A DNA stretch of 48,170 nt, from assembly GCA_021432655.1 (NCBI GenBank), contig MU271183.1:145081-193250 (forward strand), read 5' to 3'. A program made the position numbers and the translations under genes. Under the pieces are notes generated by a model. That model made no database searches and was not told the DNA's origin. It was given only the letters and a program-made list of their open reading frames with translations. Positions 36,219-48,170 of this stretch are shown one piece after another. Source of the DNA: Atractiella rhizophila (taxonomy: Eukaryota). The stretch's first letter is position 1; each line of letters begins with the position of its first letter.

Positions 36219-39200
36219 TATCCTTCTTGCTCGTTGTGGGTTCGACTAGGTGTGAGTGAGAACAGCAATTGCTCGGGATGAGCTGGTTTTGTTGGATGAC
36301 CAGTTTCACCCTAGCGGGCTTAGAACGTCGTGGCGGCCTTGTTTAAAGTGGGGAGGTACAGCGCTCGGAGACTGACTAGTACAGCTAGAGCATTATGATT
36401 ATGGAGGGAGATCAATCCTTGCGTTGTTGATTAATTGTTGTCGAGGAGCACTGCACGCGCCATGCAATCAAGGAGCAACTCGGAATTCAACTTGCGACAC
36501 CAGGTCCACACAAATTGATGGAGTCTCGCTTGGTTCGACAGTCTGTTACTGTATGCTTGTGAAAGCAATACTGTAAACCAGGTTGGCAAGTTGATGACCT
36601 GAAGGCCAAGTGAACTTGAAGCGGGTTGAAGGGAGGCAAGTGGAGGACGGAGAAACGTGCGCTGGGGACAGGTTTGAGCAAAGAGATCAGATGAGGACAG
36701 CTTACAACAATGTGCATACAATAATGTTGCCCTAAGTTATTTGTTATCGTTAGTGATCCACTAGGCAACAACTTGTCCTTCGAATGAAGCAGGTGTGCTT
36801 CAAGTGCCTGCGTGTCTCACTTCAAATCGCGGTACAAAAGCCTCACGATCGGGATCCAAATATCGACAAATATCCTCCACACTACCTCGTGAAATCCTGC
36901 ATCCATGGTTGATCATGTTGTACGTAAGCTCCACACTTGAGGCGACGGGATCACAGCACCTTGCACCGCCTTCAGCCAAGAACTTTGAAGTAGAAGCTGC
37001 TCGTTGTGGTCGGGACTCGGAGAGTTGATATGCGCAGTCTGGCGGGATCCAGGACGTTCGGCGTTTAAAAGATACTTGGGGGATGGTGGCCGGAGCGAGA
37101 GGGCAGCTTGCCTCTGGGCAGAAGGTGCCTGTGCGTTGTCCTGTCACCTCTCTCGTCAATCATAGCCGGAACTCTTCACTGATTCGTAGCCTTAGACAAG
37201 ACTTCCAGCCGAAATCGTGCCTGAGCGAGACTTCTGGCGAGAGTTGATGCAGATGAGTGTCGAGTGACTGTCAGGTAAAGACATTCATGTCTCATCTTTC
37301 CGGACACAACTGATATGCCACCATCAGCAGAAATAGATGCATTAGAAGAGAATCCAACATGCTCAACAAAGTCCATCAATGGTCAGAGCAGATTAAGCCC
37401 TGTCTCTCCTCAGACCTCAATCCACTATTATTGCTGGCAAGACTCCGCTAAGAGCTTTGTTTATGCGGGTGGAGGAGCAGAGAAGGTGCGTGAAACTGTA
37501 TGAGATAAATAGCCTACGGGTTTGACGCCTGCGCCGCAGATACACAAATAGAAGAAGAACCAGCCCTCTTCCAACACTACAGCTTGCTGGAGAGGCAACA
37601 TACGTGTACTCAGAAGGCAGCACCCAGCATCCCCTCTTTAAAGACGCGTACAACCTCACAAACTGTGTCTTGTTCGAACTGGAGCCGACAAGATCATGGC
37701 TACAGCTCAACAACAGCAATCGTCCTCGCCTGATCAGAAGTCCATATATCGGTTTCGACTTTCATGGAAGACTATCCCACGAACCCTCCCATGTAAACGT
37801 TCAATGCCTCCCCCCATAAGCCAGCGCCGCTCTCGTTCTGCTGTAGACCAGCCGAAGAGGTACTAATGGTGATTGTGTGGAGCGGAATTAATCGTATGGA
37901 AGAGGTTTGGAGAGGAACGGGCTCTGAGGTGCGCTAACACTTCATTCTACTTCAGAAATGGGTCAAAGCAACAGTTCAAACTGCTTGCTTACATTAAACC
38001 CCAGAAATGGATAGTCGGACTCGCTCGTTCGAAAGTCTTTTCTGGAAAGCCCTTGCTCGTTGAGAGCTATGATCAAAACTCCCAATAAAATAGAGAGCTT
38101 CGAAAGATCTTGTGAAGAGTGAGGCATCATACGCCAAAGATAAAGAATCAAGAGCAAGATCACAGCTACTTGATCATTTGGCGAAAAAGAGCCAAAAAAG
38201 TTTGCCCCTCTGGTTTGATAATAAACTCGAATGAGACCAGAGTACCACTGGAATGAATGCCACTGCTGAGAGAAAGCAGAAAACGATGGCGAAACATCGT
38301 ACAATAGAAAAAGCTTTATTTCAGGCTGGAAGAAGTCCCATTGTCCTCCACTCCCTGATACAAAAGCTCAGTCAGAAGAGATCTCACCGCGATATCCAAA
38401 GCCGTGACCCCTAAACATGTTCCCTCATCCCCTATCGAACATCAAAACTCATCCCATAGCGTGGGTCCTTCCTCGCCCTTTCATCCTGCGTTGAAGTATC
38501 GGCTCAGATGGTTGAATCTTCAGGCATGTTAGGGAGGACTAGGCGAGGACATAATGCAAGGGAGACATGGGAGACGTCGTTACCTGTCAAAGTGAATGTG
38601 GAGAAGAGAATGCGCGTCACGCTTTCGATCGCGTAAAACGCAACGGAGCGCCTCAAACGCCACAAATCTAAAAGAGATTGGGAACACGTATGCAACCTTC
38701 TCCAGCTCTATAAAAGACTTGCGTGGTGATTGTGACACCGTAAGAGAGTGTGAAGGTGAGATATGTGGAATTTTCGATTTTTCTTAGTCTTTTGCAATTT
38801 TTTTTCTCAAAGAGGCTAGAGAGCGTCTCTATATCTAGCGATAGGGGCATTACCTTCAAGAGCCCATCTACAGGAACTCTGAGCTGCTTAAAGCTCGCAG
38901 GTGAGAATTTTATTAGAGTGATGGGGGATTTCGGGATGAGACCCATTTGCCCCCGCGACTTCCGGTTGGTTGGTTTCTTCGGATTTTCTCTCTCATACGC
39001 ATGTGGTCACCGTAAATCTCTTATCATATCTTCAAGGAGAACGTATCATGGCTCATAATCAGACGGACGATTGATGTTCACGACTTGGTGGTTTGTGACC
39101 ATCGCTTGATGATAATTAGGATTGTCGTCATTGTGTCTCAGTTGTAATTAGCCTGGGAAAGGGGCTTTCTCACGAAATCGAAAGATAAAACGTGATATAA

Positions 39201-39264
39201 ACATTACAAAAAGTGTAATAAGCAAAACAAGAATTATAGTGTCCTGATACAAGATCAGACGTCC

Positions 39265-39271
39265 TATAAAA
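39265..39271 (+). promoter_or_regulatory. Putative TATA box (TATAAAA) of the orphan gene at 39417
   Basis: Consensus TATAAAA followed by CT-rich sequence, ~150 nt upstream of the ATG. Confidence 0.5.
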
Positions 39272-39416
39272 GGCCGGTCGCTCAGCTTAGCTCTCCCTCC
39301 ACCAACGACCACTCTTCTACACTTTTACCTTTCTTGATTAGCTCTCTCCCGAGCAACTTCTTGTTTACAAGCTATCTGCAGCGTATTTTTATCCACGGTA
39401 CTACTAACAGTCAATT

Positions 39417-40263
39417 ATGGCTCGATCCACGAAGAACAACTTGGCGAGAGCTCGTCCTACGCTCTCTTTGAAGGCGATGAAGAAGTAGGTGCCCTCTCCC
39501 GACTCCTCCTGCATATTTCCTCTCCGCTGGTAACGATTCTGACGAGAAATCACCTAGGAGCTCGAAGACGGCGGCGGCGAGAAGTCATGCAAAGAAAGCT
39601 CGACAGGCCAAGATCAAGAAGGAAACAAAGACGACAATCGAGCAACTAGCCACGAGTGCCGCCGTCACTCCTCCCACGTCTCCTCAAAGGTGCACGAAAG
39701 TTCGACCTCCCCATCCTCTCGCCAAATTTATGTACGCCTCTTTCTTCTCCCGTAGTTCAATACTGTGCGCTAACACCTTTCAATGGGGAATAGTTCTCAA
39801 AATACCGAAGAGAAGGCTGACTCCGACTTTGAGAAGTCAACTCACATCCAGAAAGCGTGGGACGACGATGAGGACTCCAACGCTTCCAATATCATGTCTG
39901 CCGAGTGCGTTTTCTCTTCTCCCTTTTCTCTCCTTTGTCTTCAACTTAACTTTATTTGTGAAATTTTGGGCTAGTCTGGCCCATAACTTCTACTCGAAAG
40001 TGGAAATCACCCAACTGCACATTCCACCTCCTGCAACGACGTACGTATTCATTCTCCACCATCTCATGTTCTCGAAAGTCTAATGCTTGTCGTTTGGGAC
40101 AGTTGCACCCCCAAGTTCTTCTCAAGGGTGGAAATTATCGAACTACAAGCACATGCTTCTGCGTCAGTGTGCGTCTCGTCTTCTGCCTTCTGCTCTACCT
40201 GTTGTCAATCGTCGCTTACTGATATTTGTTTGGGGAGACAGGTATGGTAATGCCTCAACCTAA
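39417..40263 (+). CDS. Small orphan protein with Lys/Arg-rich N-terminus; six exons
   Basis: Five GT-AG introns, all phase 2, join an open frame MARSTKNNLAR..KKARQAKIKKE..SQNTEEKAD..NFYSKVEI..KFFSRVEI..YGNAST*. Followed by a T-rich 3' region. Confidence 0.7.
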
Positions 40264-41216
40264 GCGAGTAATCTCAAACATTTGACCCTGTTTAGCCTGC
40301 CTTTATTTTGTGGTTTGATCCATGGTCCATAGCTTAGTTTGATCCGTCTTCGACATTTCTGATATTTCTTTCCGCATCTCGTATTACTCTCCCTCGTTCA
40401 CCTGGACTCATTTGTCCATCCCTCATCACGGTTGTACGTTGTCATTCCTTCTCGGTTGAGGTTACGCTACAACTTCCATGATTCCTTTTCATTTTCTTTT
40501 CATCTTGTTCTCTCTCGAATTTCACATGAGAACATTGTCTCTGTGTGCCTTTTGAGTGTTCTTTGTGTCTGTGTTCCGTCTCGATTTCTCCTCATTCAAC
40601 TCTTGACTTCAAGTTTCTTGAATGATCTTACCAATTCCTTCTCTCAGCCTCTTCGTGTATACCAATTCGAATCCGTCGTGTGTTATCCTCGATGGTCCGT
40701 CTCCCTTTTCTCGATCCATTTGCTTCGACTTTAGTCGTCTCATCTTCTCACTTCCGTCGTTTCTTCCACATTTATCTTAGCTTGAGTTTTCGCACTATAA
40801 GTTATGAGCGACTGTTGTTGTGAGTGTATGAAGAGCATAGTTGTTGTAATGACCAAGCCATAAGCTATAGTACTTGTTCAAACCTCTTCTGCGATTAGTG
40901 AGATTCGGCGGTGACTCTGAACATATCTATCTATAAGGATTAAGCTTGTCATAGATCTGTAGCTGGGACATAGACATTGGCGTTTCAACGGTCACTGGTC
41001 ATAGAAGTCATACCCCCACTGAAAACATTCAAGCTCAAGCTCCCAAGCAGATGATCGTAATGGCTTATGAGGTACACGTTACGATGACTGATCCTGGGGG
41101 TATTCCATTCCACTGATTGCAGCCAGGAAAGCATTTGTGAATTAGTTGAAAGAAATGTTCTAAACAAATCCAATGCAGGAAACATATACAGTGATGTAGG
41201 ACAAGAACATACAAAA

Positions 41217-42219
41217 TCATCCAAACATGCTGTTGTGCGACGACTTCCGCCTTGTCCAACTGCCCTGTCCCATCAACGACTTAGCTTCGTCTATCATTCT
41301 AGCGTGTCCTTCAAAGTTATCAGGTGCCTCCTGGATAAGGCTCTGAATCACAGAGGCAGCTTTCCACGGAGCATAACAACCGTCTTCGACTCCATCAGTG
41401 GCCGTTCCAGCCCTCCTGATCTCCTCCCACAGCCCTATTCCATCTTTCCACTCTCCCCTATCCGGCTCCCACATTCTCGCCCCGATGAAACGCGAGTGAA
41501 TATCCCAGTCATCACGTAGCGATTGTTGACGTTCCTCCACTTCTTCTTCCTCCAGGAACTGCGGAAACAGAGCCGCGAGTACGACTTTACGAGTTTCTTT
41601 GGGACCTAGTTCAGCTGGAGGATCATGATAAGGTCGCTCTTGTAAGCGGATCAAGTCGACGAGTGGCCGTCGACGCTCCATGATTTGATGCCGCCAAAGT
41701 CCAATGGTAGGCATGGGAAGTTGGTGGACAGAGAGGAAGTTCTGACTTCTCGTCCAACACAATTAGTCAAAGCTAGAATGGCAGTAGTGGAAGGACAAAA
41801 CCAGATAGGGCAGCAGGAGTTATCGGCAAGCCACTCATGTATGCAGCTCTCGTCGACGTCATGTCCGCAAGGTAATCGAATAATCTCTTGCTCGACGTGG
41901 TAGCGTTCGCCGCAAATGCAGCAGGAAGGTTCTGATCCTCCAGTTCGTCAGAACGTTGACAAGCGATCCAGAAAAACACACCCGGAGCCTCAGTCGCCTT
42001 TATCCGTTTTGCTTTGATATTCTTACCATACATCTAATCCTTTAATCAGCTCTCGCTTTCTCCTCCTGGACGACAGAAGAGGAAGCTTACTTCCGGACGT
42101 ATCCCACGATGAAAATCCGGGCGACGAATTTCAACTGGTCCATCGTGCTCTATCTCACTATCGCGACGGAAGCGCTGGTCTGGGTCTTTGAATACGTGGG
42201 TCGACTGATTATTGCCCAT
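41217..42219 (-). CDS. Hypothetical protein starting MGNNQS; three exons
   Basis: Exon 42219-42091 ends at a GTAAGC donor and splices in frame to MYGKNIK.. (42033), then to the ~175-aa exon ending 41217. The second donor is unresolved. Confidence 0.6.
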
Positions 42220-42729
42220 GCTCCTTTTGAGTTTTTGGTGGATTTAGGATAGGGGAGAGCTAAGTAAAATACCTGCCAGGTTTTGAACAATGGTAAGGAA
42301 GAGCTTGTAAAAGTTGGTAATTGCTTTGCGTACCTTGTGGTTTTTATGCCTTATCCTCAGCCCAGCCCTTTTCTCTCTCACATAGGAATTACAAGGCCAC
42401 CATGAACCCAACCTTTGTCTCCTGTTCCTTTGTTCTCTTGTGCACATGCGCAGCAAACTCTGCCCAAGTTGAGATTAGGTTCGGTAAACTTTCCAAGCAA
42501 CTGGCGTGGGATTTTGTCTGTGCTGGATATTTCGAACCGTGCATCACCGTGCTCAAAGGACACAGACGCAGCACAGACCATGCATGATAGCGTCGACAAT
42601 CGAAGAAAATTGGGAACAAGGGGGGGGAAAAGAACCGCAACAAAAGGGGTGAGCAGGAGTGCTCTGAAAATGGAGCAGTGGATGGACCTGGCTGAGAAAA
42701 AGGAGCGGTGAAATTGCAACAGAAAGGTG

Positions 42730-45106
<2,377 letters not shown>

Positions 45107-45685
45107 GCTTCTTCTAGTTCGAGCGTGGAGGAGAGGCAAGAGAGTGGCTGCGAACGGAGCAAAGAACCGGCAAAGAACGAACACCAATCAAACAAGAAAG
45201 CAGACGAGAAGACAGATTTAAGATTACGGAACTCAAACTACGGGTAGGCATCCAACGCAGAAGGAAATCATCTGGAGCTTGAAAACGTCGGGCGTGATCG
45301 CTGTTGTTGTGGTCGTGGTCGTATCAGTAACTCACCGAAAAGGATGATGATATCACTTCAGCTGAACGCAATTCAAATCAGTCTCGTTTTCGTAGAGCAT
45401 CAGACCATTTCGAAACATGGATCCTGTTTGTATACGTTCCTATTGCTATTTCAGCTTTCTGAAACCAACGCAGAGCAAGGATATGACTTGTTGGTCTTTA
45501 TTGTAGAGGACTCAGATTGATCAAGCAAGGTGATGACTCGAATTCGAAGGTGGTAGTGGTACTTCCAACGAAGAAATTATATACATTTACACCGCTATCA
45601 CTAACACTGAGCCATACAAGTAATAGACACTCTGTCTTGTCACTTGCGTGCTCTCTGAACCACGAGTTGCACGATCGAACGGAGA

Positions 45686-47068
45686 TCAATTTTTCCCCCT
45701 CCCTCTCCCCCTTCCACGCCCCCGATCCCCTCCCCTCCCTACACTCACCGTGAGCTGGTCAAGAGAGGAAAGGAATAAGAGCCTACCGCGTCCTCTACCA
45801 CCGTCTCCCTTCTTCTCCGTCCGCTGCCGCTGTGCCTGGTGCTCTGCTTCCATTTGCGCGCGAAGGGCATCGATGACTGAATCTGCGACGCGAACGTACT
45901 TTATCTGAGGAACAGTGCGGCGCATCAGATCATATTGATGGAGAAATGGCAGCGGGGGACGAACCGTATTTCCACGAATGTAGACTTCGTCCATTTTCCA
46001 GAACTTGTCCCCTCTCTATCCCCCACGTCCCAAGTATCAGTTAACGACCTGGAAGAGAAGCAAAGAGCATAAGTTCTATGATAGGTTAGGGGAGTCTAAC
46101 TTGTGCAGTCTTTAAAACTTTTCTGTAGGACACGGGTTTTTGTTGTGCAAAGAAGTAACACAAGAAATCAAAATAACAAGGGGACAACCGAATTATCCTC
46201 ACCCTTCACTGCTGTAGCAGGTATTGCGGGCCTGCAGGGTAAGGTGATTTCGATAGCACAAGCTATTGCACTTTTACTGGAAAAAGCAGTCTAGGACGGA
46301 TGAATAGAATTCGCGTCAGCTTCCTTTGGGCTACCGCATCTCATGCTTCGGGACGATCATGCGTCAAAAGTTTTGACGATTCTTCGAGGATTGCGCCTGC
46401 GAAATTAGCTGCATGAATCATAATCGTCGTAATGAGATAGACATGAAGACAAGCAAGCAATTCCTCAGATGTCAAAATGCTTTTTTAGAAGAGATAAAGC
46501 GGTGCCTTAATCATTAACAGGAATAACCTGAAAACTCAGTAATAAACGTCACAGACGACGATGCAGCATCGCTTCATGACCAAAACACTGCCAACAATCA
46601 CAAACACTTGAAGCCAAAAGCACACTCAAACAGTTAATTCATCCACACGACCTAGGGTGTAGAACCCAATGTATGTATAGAACCACCATGCCCTCATTCA
46701 TCTCGCATCGAAGAAACACTCACAGCACTTGTCTGGAACACCTCCCGCAAGAGCAGGTTCATGAAATTATCGCAGCTCTGTAAATGGCCATTGAAAGTCT
46801 CTCCATTCTTCAATTCGACAAAGAGCAGGTTCATGAAATTATCGCAGCTCTGTAAATGGCCATTGAAAGTCTCTCCATTCTTCAATTCGACCAGCTATCC
46901 CCAGCACGAAAAAAAACCAAACGGCACTTCATCAGTGCTACTGCGAGGGAGGTAAGGGAGAGTTGCAACCATAGGCTTGTTGGACGCGGATTTGAGAAGC
47001 GCTAGCGGGAGCTGCAGAACAAGACATAGGTATTAGTTCCTGCATACACATGGAGGGTAACGAACCAT
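45686..47068 (-). CDS. LSM4: U6 snRNA-associated Sm-like protein LSm4
   Basis: [38 protein letters not shown]..|[23 protein letters not shown] plus an RG-rich tail. Long intron at 46016-46723. Confidence 0.95.
46749..46891. repeat. Exact tandem duplication with 72-bp period in an LSM4 exon
   Basis: 46749-46819 is identical to 46821-46891 and duplicates [23 protein letters not shown] in frame. Confidence 0.97.
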
Positions 47069-48170
47069 CTTGGTTGTTCTGGCACGGAAGAAAGACGCGT
47101 CCTATTCGTCGTTTTTGTGGATTAATGGAGGCCGAGGATTGCCGAAACCAAAAACGACGACTTGGAGACGTTGGTTTGAGCAGCTCAGGGCGTCACTGCA
47201 AAAGAAGGAGACGGGCTGTTGATTAGAGAAAGCTGCTGGATTACATTAGAGCGTACTGAAGGGGCTGAAGGAAATCCAGAGGTTCGTCCTTCGCTTTGCC
47301 AGAGAAACGAGGGAAGGAATGGAGCACAATATGCCTATTCTGCGAAGAGCGTAGGAGTGTTTCCAGCTCCTAGTGGAATAATGTCGAGACTTCGATTATT
47401 GGTGAAACATTGACGGTTAACTCGGAGCGTATGATAGATGCTCTTAATTCTCGTACCTGATAACTTGGTGTTGCATGGATGTTGGCAGCCCGTATAATTT
47501 GTCGTTCTTCCTTACGTTGAGGAGTATGTATTAGTTGCTTGTATGATAGGTAATGCTGCCTCTCATAGTAAATAACGGCATACATTGTCTTTAACCATGG
47601 ATGCGGTAATTTTCTTGCTGCCTTCATGTTTTACATCGCACAAGAGAGATTCTCTAGCTTCCTCACCCCAGTGCATCATGGAGCGAAACTGTGACCAAGA
47701 ACATCCGTAATGGTTGTTCGGTGACACCAAACGACAAAGTTGTTGCGTCCTCTTGCAGTTGCAACCCTTTCCACCGGTTGCTTAGCCAATATTCGCAACG
47801 AGAATTGAAACCTTCGTGACTTTTAATTCCCTCACCTTTTCTTAGAACGTTGCATCCCAGAGCTTGGCCTAGGGCGGGGCTCAGAATAGTTTTCTCTGCG
47901 AAAGAGACATATTTCCGTCGTGATTATATGGTGGTGTACTTGGCGCATCCGAATTTTCAATGTGGATCACCCTGATTCTGCACCAACTTACGAGGCAATG
48001 TGGAGCTTGTTGAGCAGAGCAAGACAATTCGATGGTACTTAATGCCATCATCTGCCACATCTTCTCCTCTGAGCTGGGTACGGTAATCATGGGAGAATCA
48101 TCGCGAAAGTTCTCTGTTCTGCAAACTGATATATTCATCTCCTTGCGGCCGATCGTCTCCCCATCTCACC

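Noticed and set aside
40270..40800. Very T/C-rich tract and ORF 40432-40734
   Set aside because: Consistent with a low-complexity 3' UTR; the ORF is a compositional by-product.
45344..45462. ATGATGA...CTGA box C/D-like pair upstream of TyrRS
   Set aside because: No convincing guide or terminal stem, and such motifs are expected by chance.
47370..48170. Short minus-strand ORFs at the window end
   Set aside because: No recognisable domain or consistent splice structure.

Overview
Intron-rich fungal nuclear DNA, most likely a basidiomycete (inferred from ~50-nt introns with CTRAC-type branch points and relaxed GTNCGY donors). Recognisable genes: a thaumatin-like protein with a C-terminal Cys-rich CBM52-like module (-), cytosolic asparaginyl-tRNA synthetase (+), GGPP synthase (+), a large Bem2-like RasGEF/PH/RhoGAP protein (-), a multicopper oxidase/laccase (-), chaperonin CCT8 (+), GH20 beta-hexosaminidase (-, one complete and one partial copy), mitochondrial tyrosyl-tRNA synthetase (-) and LSM4 (-), plus four spliced orphan genes and decayed coding-like spacers. 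Unusual structure: (1) four housekeeping genes (AsnRS, CCT8, TyrRS, LSM4) each carry exactly one 650-1070 nt early intron, although nearly all other introns are ~45-100 nt; (2) a -1 frameshift at C-CCC-TAG in the essential AsnRS; (3) four intragenic tandem duplications (72 bp to 1.9 kb), which may be haplotypes assembled in tandem; (4) alternating C-rich and G-rich blocks through coding exons. No rRNA, tRNA, CRISPR array or intact transposon was recognised. All gene models were built by eye and no database searches were run.
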